This document shows positions 13,069-25,680 of a stretch of DNA of 64,000 nt, in pieces. Source of the DNA: Cercozoa sp. M6MM (Eukaryota; Protista; Endomyxa: Ascetosporea); NCBI GenBank assembly GCA_040357565.1, contig JBDODJ010000027.1; one strand, given 5' to 3'. The position numbers were made by a program, and so were the translations under genes. Numbering within the stretch: the first letter of the stretch is position 1; the number at the start of each line of letters is the position of its first letter. The notes under the pieces were generated by a model. It was not told the origin of the DNA, did not search any database, and worked only from the letters and a program-made list of their open reading frames with translations.

Positions 13069-14301
13069 ATGTATGTGTGTAATTCACAGTTGGTATGTGT
13101 GTGTGTGTGTGTGTGTATGTATGTGTGTAATTCACAGTTGGAGGACGCCATCGCACTGCTGGAGCCTGTGCAAGAGCCGATGAAGTCTGCTGTGTTGTGG
13201 TAGGATGGTTTTAGATTACAGCAGGTTACGAGGGTCGAAACACTGCGTGTGGAGTGTAGGTTGCTGGACGTGTGCGCCTTCTGCGCCTCCTTCTCCGAGA
13301 CGAGTCGCATGTCACCCTACAACCTCGGCGTCGTGTTCGCGCCAAACCTCATGGACCTAGAACACAAGGGCATGGACCCACTGCGTGCCGTCAACTTCAT
13401 GGACACTATTATTGTATCGTCTGCCTTGTATTTGTATGTGTGTACGTGTATGTACATGTACCTGTGTGCATTTTGTGCATGTTGGGTGTGAGCATAGAAG
13501 TGGTTCGCCGCCGCGGTGGCTGCTCGTCAGATCGACGAGTCGTTTGGCGGACCGGTACTCACCCTGTGTTTTTGTGCCTCAAGGAGCCCGTGTTGACAAG
13601 AGTGTATGCCTCAAGGAGCCCGTCTTGACAAGAGTGTACGTGTGCAGGCGCACCGATGCGGCGTTGTGACGGAAGCTGCCGCTGCGGCTGATGTGCGAGC
13701 TCAGGTAGACCACATTCATACCCCCATAGATCAATGTATCCATCTGGGTGGCTGTGTGTGAGCAGGCAGTGTCGCAAGAACAGGACGCGTTCGAACTCGA
13801 GGCCGATCAAGACGCCAGTGGCAAGAAGGTCATCATGCTCGAAGCCATGATCGCTTCCATGCAGCGGCGACACAAGGTAATTTACCTCTCACTCGTCACA
13901 TGACTATAGTGAAGTGTCCTACCCCGCCCTTGCATCCGTCCTGTGTGTGTGCGTTCTCAGGAAGAAGTGGATCGCTTGATGGCGACGATTCGGAAGCAGC
14001 AGGACATGATCGAGTTCCTGCAGCAGCAGCCGTACGGACAGCACCACGAGCACTACGAACAGTACGAGCACTGCCCCGAGGTATCACTCCCACTGTCCTC
14101 GCACAGGTTTTTCCTTACTGCTTGTCACAGGAAGATACGCCATCGGTGCCTCCGAGTGCGACTCCATTGACGCCGCCGACGCCGCCGCTGTTGCCGAAAC
14201 AGCAAGTGGTACATGTCTGTGTTTGACTTATCATAATCAATCACGCGTTCGCGGTCCAGTTGACGCCTCCACCACCACCGCAGACCGCGTTTGAGGGTTG
14301 A
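7572..14301 (+). CDS. CARMIL-like PH/LRR protein with C-terminal RhoGAP domain and coiled-coil/Pro-rich tail
   Basis: CARMIL-like linker GAFVELYIAACLAMGV. RI-type LRRs: LLDLSLCNMGDAGF, LQTLEMDGNAC, LRSVDLSKNAL, LAWVDVRGNRLGDSG. RhoGAP motifs: FGVDP..IPVVL..GIFRLAP..LANALKVWFRDLP..RMSPYNLGVVFAPNLM. Confidence 0.8.
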
Positions 14302-14897
14302 AACGTCATTTATTGCACGCACCGGCACAAACAGAAACACACACACACGCAAACACACATCTATTGTGCGAAACGCAACCCGTCTCCACGCGTACAACTC
14401 AGGACAGATGCGCCGACTTGCTTCGGGCGGGAAAACTGTACCAACTGATTTCAAACGACTAATGTAGCTCGTGCATGCAACAGATGCAGCTGAGCGCCTA
14501 AGTGAATTACATTGTGCTGACCATATCATGTTGCTGGGTCGGGTATGCCGCCGTGCCCGGATTTTGAAAAATCCAACCGTTCGGCGTTGTGGGCTTTCCT
14601 AAGTTCCTTGGCGGGCCTATTTTTTTGTTCTTGGGTGTCTAGCATGTTTAGGTAGTGCACTGTACCCGACACAAGAACTGAATCAACCCTCCCAAGCTGA
14701 TATAGTGATCCCAGATCCAGCAGAGATTAAACGAGACACAAGAGTAGGAGGAGCTCGAGGACCGGCAAAATCATCGATGCAGAAAGACCGTTCATTGACA
14801 GTTTGGCGGACAGCAGATTCCTTGTACTGTAGCCAAAGGCTCGTACCTCACTAAGACCAACTCTAGTGCCCATGACGAGTGTGCTTTCTAATACGAG

Positions 14898-16815
14898 ATG
14901 TCATGGGCAAAGTTATTACGCGAATCCGCGCCAAAGCAGAGCCAAGCTGCTAAAACTCAAGTTGCACAATGTGGTGGTGCGTTGCGAAAAAGCGGCGCCG
15001 CCATTCCGTTGAAAGACGAGTGTCATGCAGTGCTGCGTGAAGGCGTTATCAATGTCTGTGCAGAGCAAGTTGATCTCTCGGGTCAGTGCACGAGTCGTCC
15101 GCGCGGATTGCGAAACCCTCGCAATGAGTGTTTTGCAAACGCAGTTGCACAGGTATCTACTGTATCTGACACACCTGTACTTGGTGAGTTTTCGTTGTGG
15201 CTTGCTATAGGCATTGTCAAGTGTACCGCAACTGTGCTTCTTGGCAACTATGGTTGCCAACACCGACGCTGAGTGGCTGAAACAGAGCAACGCGTCGCTT
15301 GCGCACTTGTGCAATGTGGTCAAGTACCTCAATCAGGTACTGTAATTGTCCAGTTGGGTGGAGTGCCAGTTTTTGGAGATTTCACATGCGATTAAGTATT
15401 TACTCGCAGGGAGCAGGCACACCAAGCGTATGCCAGGAGTTGCGTGTGCTGCGGCGACTCTTCGCGCGTGCTGCTTCGGAGCAGCAGCACGACGCTCATG
15501 AGGTGTTTCTCCTTGCGCCTGTACTGTTGTGTGTCTGTGTGTACTGTTGTGTGCATTGTTTCGATCAGTTTTGCAACTGGTTGCTGGATCAAGTGCACCA
15601 AGAAAGCAAGTTCGGTGACAATAGTACCAATCACAGCGGTGACAATAGTGACACCAGCAGTCAGTGGAGAGCGGCCTCTGCTCGGTATCAATAACTTCGA
15701 CTTGAATTAGCACGTGAGAATTTGCAGGTAGTCCGTGTATTACAGAGGCGACACCGTATTGCGCCAAGGTGTAAAACTAACGCCTTCCCTCACCTCGTGT
15801 CTCTTTGCTGGTGCCCTTGCATGTACAAGTTTCCGATCTTGATTGCACAATACGTGCTCGTGGTGGTGTTGTAGGTGTGCAAAGAAGCTGCGTGAGTCGG
15901 CCGGGCCGAACGACAGCGTCTCCTCAGTCGTTCTTCTCGCTGACGCTGCATCTGCAGCCGATTTTGCAGGAAACCGCCTCCGCCAGCGCAGAGGAGCACG
16001 CGCAGAGCAGTGTACAGGCGCTGCTGCAGCGACACTTCCGGAAAAGCAAAGTGTCCGACCAGCGCGGCGTGTCAGTCTACTCAGACATGACTCACTTGCC
16101 ACCGTGCCTCCTGCTGCACATTTCGCGTGCTGGTACAATGTTCGTATGAAAACCTCGACTGGCTGCATACATTATGTATTCACAGGCTTGGAGCACAAGT
16201 GCATGACGAACGTTGTGCCAGATGATACCATCGTGTTTCGCAAGCGATGGCTATCTGGTCTGCAGGTAGTTATTTTAGTTGCAGTAGTGTGTGTGTATGT
16301 GTGTGTGTGTGTATGTGTGTGCGTATGTGTGTGTGCACGTGGGTGGTTGTGTGTGTGTTAGTTATCTTAGTTGCAGTAGTGGGCGCTTGTACACGTGTGT
16401 TGTGCACGTGTGTGTGTGCACGTGTATATGTGTGCAGGTGCAAAGGTACCAGCTGTGTGCTGTGGTTTTGCACCATGGTATTCAACTGGAGAGTGGGCAC
16501 TATACGGTAGCTTTGCTTTGGATAACCTGCCTGCATCTTGCCGTTCCTACACCTTGTTCCTACACCTTGTTCCAACTCTATGTTTGCGTGCGTGGATGTG
16601 TTTTCCAGACTGTGTGTCGACGTGGGACGCAGTGGTTTCATGTCGATGATGCCCGTGTCGCCGCATGTGCCCATCCGCAAGAGTACGCAAGGTAGCTCAG
16701 GGGCTTGTGTCATGCTCTCGTGCTCTGCAAGTGTCACGTTGACATGCATTTTGTGTTGTCCAGATGGTATCGTGACACGTACCTGCTCGTGTATCTGAGA
16801 GCAAACACGGATTAG
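14898..16815 (+). CDS. ubiquitin carboxyl-terminal hydrolase (USP10/Ubp3-like, C19)
   Basis: Cys box PRGLRNPRNECFANAVAQ, QQHDAHEF, His box YQLCAVVLHHGIQLESGHYT, WFHVDDARV, TYLLVY. N-terminal SWAKLL resembles the USP10 SWAxLF motif. Confidence 0.85.
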
Positions 16816-16985
16816 CTAGCCGTTGGGAAGTCCCCAGCAATCACCGCTGCTCAACCGACGCGATCGCCGTGGCATGTGCACCCTGACGTCACTTTCGTTT
16901 GGTGGGTCGCCAGTGCAGTACAGTCCGGTACGGTAGTCGCAGCGGCGTTTCTTCGCTTGTGAAGATTGATTGTTAACAAAATCTA

Positions 16986-17818
16986 TCATACGTTAAAAGC
17001 TTGCTGTTCCAGTTGCGTTGTCGCTACTGAGCGTGAGTAGCTATGATAAAGCGGGAGTTTGTTGGAATAGGATGGTGTCCGAAGACACCGGGTCACGTGC
17101 ACCGACCCTCGGGGCGCAGTCAGTGCACCGCTTGCACTTGCTCCACCTGCACACAGCATGCATGATAAGAGGAAGGTTCCTCGGGAAAGGGGCTGCTCAC
17201 AACCTACCTTGTTGGGAACGTTCGAACGGCAGAGACAAGCTTGACTTGAGGAGCGTCGACGTTGTTGTGCCGATGTGTCGGTCGGTCGCCCGACGTCGTG
17301 CCAAACGACACCTCCTGCATTATGCGTCAATGAATCACATCCCTAACCAATGAGACGAACCATTACTTACCGATGCTGTCGACGCGAGACATACTGACCC
17401 TACATGCAGTCTCGGTAGGGCACCGTCCAGTTCGCTTGTTTCGTTGATTTCGTTTCACTTCACTTCGCATCGTTGTACTTTCGTTGATTCGTTGGCGCGG
17501 GTTTCGTCGCTGCGATTGTTCTAGAACACCACCCTGCTCACAAGGCAAACCACGCGACCGTAAAGTCAGAGGGTGAATTATACACACACGCCCCTATCAC
17601 AATTGCAAACGGAAGCTAGCATCTTTCTTACCACGTCCCGTCGGCGTCCAAGTGATTCTTCCGACAGGAACTTACGAGGAAGGATCACTTCCAGTTCCGT
17701 CAACGTTGCCGAAGTGTGCCGGCCGCAGGGAACCCCGCCCGGGTTCCCGACCCAGGCACCCGTCTTCTGATCCACCCCGTACCTTTTGTGACACATCGAA
17801 TGCCGAGCCCGCCACCAT
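16986..17818 (-). CDS. small hypothetical spliced protein (boundaries uncertain)
   Basis: Possible exons MVAGSAFDVSQK|FLSEESLGRRRDV|GGVLEQSQRRNPRQR...DSI with gtacgg/gtaaga/gtaagt donors. No family recognised. Confidence 0.3.
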
Positions 17819-18006
17819 TTTTGCCTTTTTCTCTCTTGCTGCCTTAGACTTACTTTAAGTACTCTCACCGCGTGCGGGCATGCACTGCATGCTTGCTCAG
17901 ATGCAGTGCCGCTTCTAAGTCAATCCATACACTTTACATTTCTTCTTGTTTTCCCCGCTTGGCGGCTTTTGACGATTTCTGATTTCGCGTCGCTGACCCG
18001 GCTGCG

Positions 18007-18075
18007 TCGTGCAGCTGCAACCTTCGCCAATGCAGGTCAGCCTCGTGCAGCTGCAACCTTCGCCAATGCAGGTCA
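18007..18075. repeat. 36-bp tandem duplication (~2 copies)
   Basis: tcgtgcagctgcaaccttcgccaatgcaggtca occurs at 18007 and 18043. Confidence 0.9.
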
Positions 18076-18298
18076 TCAATACGAGTCAACTGTACTTTCG
18101 GTTTAGAAGCACGCGACGTGAGCTGGAGAGGTCCGACTCCACAGTCTTACTTCCGGCTCGTGTGCCTGCGCGAGGTGGACCTGGTGTTCGAAGTCCGAGT
18201 TAGTTTTTAAATGAGCAACGCCAGTTTGACGCATACAGCTTGTTGTCTTTGCCATTTACTTTCAACTGACGTTCAAGAGACGCGAATATTGAGCGAAA

Positions 18299-19967
18299 AT
18301 GGCTGTATTCGCCGTCGATATGTCCGCAAGCGCATTGCTGAGTGCTTTTGCCCCCTTCCATTGGATATGCGCCCTCGTTGGAGCTGTGGGAGGACTGTTC
18401 TTGCTTCTGTTCGCACGACGACATTTCAAGTATGCTTGTTTCAGTGCCCTCTTCCCCGTTTCACTGATTCTAGTCTTGTCTGGTCACTCATCGCAGCACA
18501 TCGATCGCATTCGTCGGTGGGCTACTCGGCCTCTGCGTCTCGTGGGTGCTTTTAATGAGCATTGGCGCATCCGCAAACCTCAGTACGTGCGCTTCTATCT
18601 AAGCTAAACGGCACTTGCATGTGGCTGTTGGTAGACGGAAAGTACTGGTGGCAGATCACCTGCAATGTCATTCCGACCATAGTCGCTCTACTGATGGCTT
18701 TCCTCTTCCTCTCTGCTCGTACGTGGGCTGCCTTGGCTGCTGGAGGCGCAGCAGGATTTTTTGGTAGACTTGAATCCGCTAACTGAGTCAGAATGATGCA
18801 TACCTGAAGTACCAACTAAGAACGGGTTTGCAGGAGGACAGGCGGTGCTGAAGAAACTTGCCTCGATTTGGGCATGGCATGGACTTGGCGAATTGGTACA
18901 TTACAGCACATGTTTCTTTATGGTCTGGCTGACTCCTTCGTCTTAGCTTTTATCTTAACCCCACACCCTTTCACTAAAAATTCGCATCCCTTTGTATACT
19001 CATATAAATATACCGTCGGCTTCCTTTACTCTACCCAACGTTTACTCTCTTGTTCCCCTTTTACTTTTCACCCCTTGTAGTGGTTGCGCGTTGCGCTTTC
19101 AGTCGTCATCGGACTTGTCGTCGTGTTCCTTGCGCACAAGTTCTTCAAATGCACCGTGAGTGTGGCTATGGCTGTGCTTGGTGCGTACGGAATTGCTGCT
19201 GCCGTCGAATTCTTCCTCATCTACTACGGTATCCAGTCCTTTTCTTACCATATCGGCTATCTCTCAAGCCATTTTATGATGTCATTAATGACACGTGACT
19301 ACTGTTCAGCGTCTGCCAACGAAAAGGGATCCGGTTGCATCGCGCCAGTTTCGTTACTCGCTGATACTGGTACAGTCTTTGATAATTGTTCTTGCAAGCT
19401 GAGTATGACCTCGTCTTTATCTGCACATTCGCAGACTGGCGCCGCATCAAGGGTCGCCATTGGCGCTGCGTCCTCAGCTTTGTGCTGTGGGCGGTGCTTG
19501 CCATAGGTATCATCCGAATTGGCCTGTTTCCCTTCATCCTTGCCGAATGTATTGATGACCTGACGCGTTTTGAGCGCAGTGGGATCGCTGTATCAACTGC
19601 TCTACTCGGTGGAAGGCGCACAGTTCTCGCATGCTGCCCAGCGACATGGGAAAAGCAAGCTACCCCAACACGGAGCTGCACCAGAAACAACGCACATCAT
19701 CGTGGCCTGACGAAGCGCACTAGCACCTCGGAACTGAATACAATGTCACTACTGGCTACGGCCACGCGCACGGATGATAAATTAAAAACCGACTGCCAGC
19801 AACAACTCCTCGACTCGCGTCCCGATCCGCGAACACTACAGACTACGCTCGGCTTGCGGCTGAGCAAGTACTCGACGCTTTCGATATTCGAACCGATCGC
19901 GAACGTAAGTTCATCTCGCAACTTAGAACTGAAAGAACATCCAAAATTGGATAGTAAAATACGGTAA
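18299..19967 (+). CDS. multi-pass membrane protein, TM7S3/TMEM198 (DUF4203)-like
   Basis: About 7 Gly-rich TM helices: ALVGAVGGLFLLLFARRHFK, AALAAGGAAGFFG, VIGLVVVFLAHKFFKCTVSVAMAVLGAYGIAAAVEFF. The 5' end is uncertain. Confidence 0.6.
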
Positions 19968-20064
19968 TTAGGGTAATTACCACAGCTTGGCTGTTAAGTA
20001 CCAAACGCTGTTTCCCGAGAAACGGATTCTCGTCGATTGTGACGCGAAACGAAACGAAACGAAA

Positions 20065-20777
20065 CTAAACCCGCCAGACGCAGTGCAGCACGTCACCGAG
20101 GCGGTATGCGGTTTCTCCGAAAAGCAGCGCGTCGTCAAGCACTTCTTTTCCGTGGCACAACAGTCGTTGACTTGAGACAACAACGCCCGTGAGCAGCTAC
20201 ACCCGTACACTTTTGATACTGAGAGAAAAGCAACCAAAAGAGAGGGTACAAATATCTGACGCTTCAAATCGAGACCGTACGAAGCGTACGTGACCTCGAG
20301 CGGCACCAGGCAGCCAGTGAACATTGAGACGTCGACTCGCATGGTAGCGATCCCGCTGTCCTGTTTGTTCAGTGAAGATTTCAAAGATGAAAGCGACTCC
20401 GAGAGCATCGTTCGCCTGCGCTTTTTGGGACAGTTGTTTTCGTCGATGTGCTCGCCTAAGGTCTTCCTTTGGATGTCGTCACGCCACGCCCAGGCGTCGT
20501 CAAAGTCACACAACGCGTGCCAGAGGTTGCCGCAGCCCATGTCAGGCATCGGGATCATCACGGAGCTCTTGCTACGCAGTGCGAAACGCGAGCGCTTTCG
20601 TCGCGTGCTTCGCGAGCTCAATTCGCTCGGCGCGAGCCCGTCTGTTCGTCGCTCTGCAGGTGGCGGCGAATCGGAGTCAATCACGAACCCATTAACCTGC
20701 TTCGGCACGGCCAGAAAACTCTCGCTGACGCACAAATTTCGACGTCGCCGCTTGGATCGTCGTGCATCGTACTCCAT
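20065..20777 (-). CDS. protein with basic NLS-rich N-terminus and C-terminal ubiquitin-like domain
   Basis: After one intron: MRVDVSMFTGCLVPLEVTYASYGLDLKRQIF|LLTGVVVSSQRLLCHGKEVLDDALLFGETAYRLGDVLHCVWRV*. This is a Ubl pattern with no terminal GG. Confidence 0.65.
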
Positions 20778-21246
20778 GCTTTCTTCTACTACAAATCCAA
20801 GTCATAAGCTATGCCACAAAACTGGCAAATTCCCGCCAAAAATACCACTCTTGGTAGCAAGCTCCACGCAAAGAAAGTTATCCAACACACCCCAGATTGT
20901 GGGTCAACCCTTTCCCCGGCTTTCGCAAAAATACACGCGTTCAGCGTTTTCCAAAGATGTCGTCGGATCTATTTAACGATGGCGACACATTACGACTGTA
21001 CCTTACCGCAAAAACGCAACCAGGTGCCCAGATTCAGCAGAGCACGCTAACGCAGTGTACTCGATCTTCTAAGCCGCTTGAATGACAGATGAAGCGGAGC
21101 GCCGGTGGATTGAATAAAACGGTGTGCGTTTCATGAATCGAATCCTTGATCGCTAAACGAAAAACGTAACATCATCGAATCTACGCTAAGGATTTTTGGA
21201 GCTTTTCTTTTACTGATGCAAATAGTGCTCAGACTGTAAGGGCTTG

Positions 21247-22881
21247 CTAATAGCCGAAGCGACGGCGTCGCACGGCCGGCACGCGGAGCAGCGAGCGCGC
21301 CCAGTCGTCCTCAACAACGAGTAGCGTGCGCGGGTCCAAGTAGGCCATCCCAAGAAGACCGGTGTCGTACTTGTCAATCACAAGGAAGTTGGTGCTGCGA
21401 CGCGTGGGACCTCCTCCCTCGCCTTGGCGCAGCAGGTTGACGTGCGTGTGGTGCACGCCGGCAAAGTGACGCAGAGGACGCGGCTCGGCGCGATCGCGTT
21501 GTCGACGTCGGTGCACGCGTTCCGACGACGAGAGAGCAGCGCCAGCTGCGTCAGCCATTGGATCCTCCGACACGGTGGCCACGTGGGTCGGCAGCGCCGT
21601 CTGTGCCGTGTCAACGCGGCATAGCCAACGCGGCGACGCCAGCATGACGCTCTGGCCCTTCTCTGCAACATGCAAACACAAGCACAGATGCCAACACACC
21701 GAGTGAGACCAGACATCAACCTGTACAGGTACAGATGGAAGGGGGCAGAAGATTAACGTACTCGAAGCAGGGAACGGATCGGCAGCGATGCAAGAGAACT
21801 TGTCAACCGCGCGGACGACGGCACCGGCACCATCGGCCGCCTGTGTTCGCACGCGGCGACGCACCGTCTTGCTCCACTTGTCCAACGCGAGTTTGTCCGT
21901 GTCGATAAAGAGTGGCCGGTTCGATGAATTCAGCACGCACAGTTTCCTGGCGGCGACGAACTTGAGACCACACACGACCTGGGGACGCGTAGGTATACGG
22001 GAGGGGGGTACAAGAACAAGAGTGTCAGCAAGAAGAGTGTCAGCACAGAGCGCGGGGGGGGGGGGGGGGGAACTCCTTCCACCACAGCGACGGCAGCGAA
22101 ACGAATTTTCTCGTCTCTGTATCAACCTGTACAAGTATACATGCAGCACATCCATCTACATTAGGTACATGCTCAGTGCCGTACCAGGAAGACACGCGAG
22201 TCCTTGTCAGCAACAGCGGCATGGGCACCGTCGGGCGACACGGCGAGGAAACGCAGCGTGCTGCACGTGAGGTCCTCATCGTCGTTAGGATCGACTTGAA
22301 CAAAGCTCTCGTCGCTCAGGCCGTCCATGTCGACGTCGGCAAAGGCGACCGTGTTGACTTGTGTCAGCAGGAATACTCTCTTCTTGGAGGGCGCAGCATC
22401 TGCACTCAACCATATGCCTGCTTGATTAAGAGAGATGGAGGGGGGTAACTACCAAGCTGGTCGGCAGGAGTGACATCAGCGAGTGCAACACGACGTGCCG
22501 AGAGCGACGTCGACTTCCACAAGCGAGCGACCTTGTTGTTCTGGAAGTGCCACAGCTTGATGTCGAAGGGATCGGCGGCCACGATGACGTCGGCGTCGCG
22601 TGACACGTCGAACGACACCAGGTCGGCAAAGTCGTCGCCGATCTGCGCAGCGTGCTGCCAGTGCAGTCGCAGCAGCAGCTCGTGCAGCGGCATGTTCTCG
22701 AACTCGTCGTCCGGTCCGCCCTGTGTCTGGGCCTCTTCGTCCTCAAGACTGCTCGAGACCAGCGCTGTAGACAGCGAGAACAAGTCGATGCGGTCACTGT
22801 GACGCACTGCGAGCAGTCGTCGTCCGTCGCGCGCACGGCACACTGCACACACACGTATATATATATATATATATATATATA

Positions 22882-22936
<55 letters not shown>

Positions 22937-25368
22937 GCACCCTTAACTCGTTCCTCCGCGAGAACAGCGTGGTGAGGCGACAGCACCGAGAAGTCTGTCA
23001 CGTCGGCCACGCGATGCGTCAGCACGCGTCCGTCGGCGCCGCCGCACACGACGAAACCGCCGCCCGAGAAACGCGTGCCAACTTGGACGCCCGTGCACTG
23101 CGTACAAAAGCCATGTTGTTTGTAGAGACAGACGGGACGAACAGACAGGACAGATAGACGGGACAGAGGGACAAACAGAGGACAGAAGGACAACGTACAG
23201 TGCCAGGGGCCATAGCCAGAGCGGCCTGCGCGTGCAGTGTGGCAGCGAAACGACCGACCTCGCACAGCGGTCGCTTCTGTCTCGGCGGTGTGTATGACAC
23301 CGCAGTGTTATCATCGTCCTTGTCGCTGTCACTATCACTGTCGCTGTCACTGTCGCTGTCACTCGAGTAGTCAGCACTCAGCGCAGCGTCCCAGTCGAAC
23401 ACACACAGGCGACCGTCACTGCCGCAGGTGAAAATACGTGTGGCCGCCATGAGTTCCTGACCGTCGGCCAACGTGGTCTTTGACGGCGGCAGCACTGCCA
23501 TGGCACCCAGTGCACCTACAGTCCCACAAATTGTCATATCCCGGAGGCACAAGACCACAGGAGACACCAGGCAGTACTAAACAATACGAGGCAGTACGAG
23601 ACAGTACCATTGTGTGCAGTAACACCGCCGCCCGGCATCATGGTGCCCGTGCTTAGCGAGTACATGAGCAGACGACCCTGCGCAGTGCCGACAGCGACAA
23701 CGTCGTCGTCAAGGAAACTCACGGCCCAGATCGGAGTCACGACATTGGCGGCATCGATTTCAATCCTAAGAGGAGAAACACCACGAATGCAACAAAACGA
23801 CAACACAGGGCAAAACAACAACAAGGCAGAGTGCACGAGATCTGCTGCAGTTGTCGACCACTCTGAACGTCCCAGACGCGCACACGTGCGTCCGACGCAC
23901 CGGCAGCAATGACGGAACCGTCGGCACTCCAGGCCACGGAGAGCTGCCTCGTGCTGATCTCTCTATCTCATTCACACAGTCACAGTCACGGTCTTGATCA
24001 GCGGAAGTGATCAGCGGGGAATGATCAGTGCAGAGCAGCAGATGAAACGCACTGCTTCTGAGCCAGCGTGGACGTTGTGGCACGCAGGGCACGCTCTCGG
24101 AAGGGCTCGCCTCTGGTGACGTCGAAGATTAGCACAGCATCGTCGGCGGCAACCGCGATTCTGTGCACACACTCATCTCTCCGCAATGGGTAAACTCAGC
24201 ATCGTTGCTCACAAGAAACGCACCTGTTGCCACAGGGAGACACAACGGCCGCCCAAGCCGCACCAGCACTCGTGTGCACGGCGTGCTTGACCATACTGTA
24301 CACACATGCATAGATGCGTGCTCACATAGGCACAGACCCAGAGATTCTCAGGAAGAGAGCACCCCTGCTTGTCGAGATCCCACTCCACCAGCATGCCGTT
24401 CAGCGCAACAGAAAACAAACGGTTCTGCGTCCAAACAACGCTGCGAATGCGCGATCGGCGGTGCGATTGCGCATCAAGCTGCAAGGGCACATGCAATAAA
24501 GTAAAGAGCAGGGGAAGCAAGTAACGTGTTGACACAAGTTAGTACCGAGAACTGCGAGTCGGGTGTTTTGCCAGCGATGGTAAACTCCAACACGAAACTC
24601 AACTGCGGTCGCACGCCGTGCAGCTGCGCGCGCTCCAGCGAGGCCCAGTCACCGGCGCCCTTCTGCGCCTGACTTTTGAGTTGGAACGCCGTCGTCTTCA
24701 ACCAAAAATGCACATGCAGTCCAATAAGTTTGGTCGTGCAAAATAGTCCAGTCAAGTAAAATTTAGGTCGAATCCAGCAGTACCTCGTTGGAGAAGATCG
24801 AGCTGCCGGCCGTGGAGAACGAGAACTGCGGCACGACGCGCCAAACCTCGATTGAATCGTTCGAACGAGCCACGGCGAGTCGCTGGCCATCTGTACAACG
24901 AGCATCATAAGGCTCAAAGCACCAAGAGTCGATGACAAGGCAAACGCACCCTGTGAGAAAGCCAGAGCCGTCACGCCGTGAAAGTCAAAGTCGACGAAGC
25001 GCACGCGGTGAATCGCATGCGGCTGTGTGACAAGCTTCACTTCGGCGGCACTCTTGGCGGCCGCCTTTTCCGTCTTGGCACCCTTCGGCTTCTTCTGACG
25101 CTTCTTGTCGCTACCACCGAGATTTGTTTTCGACTTGCTCTCGGGCGTGTCCTTTCGCTTCTCCTGGCGCTTCTTGGCGCTCTTTGGCTTCTTCTTCTTG
25201 ACCGACCGCTTGCCACCGTTGGCTGGTGCCCCGGCCTTCGGTGGCTGCAGCTTCTTCTTCCTGTGGAAAAACAGCATGATCCAGCCATGCACCAATAAAC
25301 TGATTAAATCATCCGCGATACAAGCATCACAAATAGAGCAGTAATCACGCGCACCTGTCCTCCGCCAT
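21247..25368 (-). CDS. UTP4: U3 snoRNA-associated protein 4 (cirhin), WD40
   Basis: IHRVRFVDF..VTALAFS..RLAVARSNDSIEVW, LFSVALNGMLVEWDL and multiple WD repeats. C-terminus LLVVEDDW..VPAVRRRRFG matches the UTP4 terminus. Confidence 0.88.
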
Positions 25369-25680
25369 CAAAAGCACGCACACACGGTCCTTGGCGTCTG
25401 CGTACGCTCAAGCGCGGGCCCCAGCTTTCTTTTTTGTTGCGGAACGCCGGTGACCAAGATCCACAAGTCGATGCTCTGTGCTTGCAAACGGCGATCGTGT
25501 GCTTGAACAGATTTATTTTAGTCCTTTGATGAGTGTAGGTTATGCAGCAGTGTCAGAAATTTTGTAGCAATCCAGATTGAAAAATTCGCGTTCGGGTTTT
25601 GAGTGCCAACCTCGCGTCAGTTTCGTCGGTCGACCTCTGTCTTCACCAATGGCTTAAATTACTCAACCAAAAAACCATCA

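Noticed and set aside
13577-13640. 32-bp and 36-bp (18007) direct repeats as CRISPR or TE termini
   Set aside because: They are adjacent two-copy tandem duplications without spacers, cas genes, transposase or TSDs, in a eukaryotic context.
14530-14680. Short hairpins upstream of the USP gene as tRNA/ncRNA
   Set aside because: No cloverleaf, A/B boxes or USE at the proper spacing, and the stems are short.
17341-17349. CCCTAACC as a TTAGGG telomerase template
   Set aside because: It lies in a probable intron of a minus-strand gene, without a USE or an enclosing structure.
17362-17375. ACTTACC as a U1 snRNA 5' end
   Set aside because: No U1-70K or U1A loops follow. It is better explained as a minus-strand GGTAAGT donor.
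17650-17702. HDV-like ribozyme (UCCUCGU loop, nested pairings) on the minus strand; also GGAAGGATCA resembling the 18S rRNA 3' end
   Set aside because: P3 is mismatched, P1 is bulged and J4/2 has no catalytic C. There is no further rRNA similarity.
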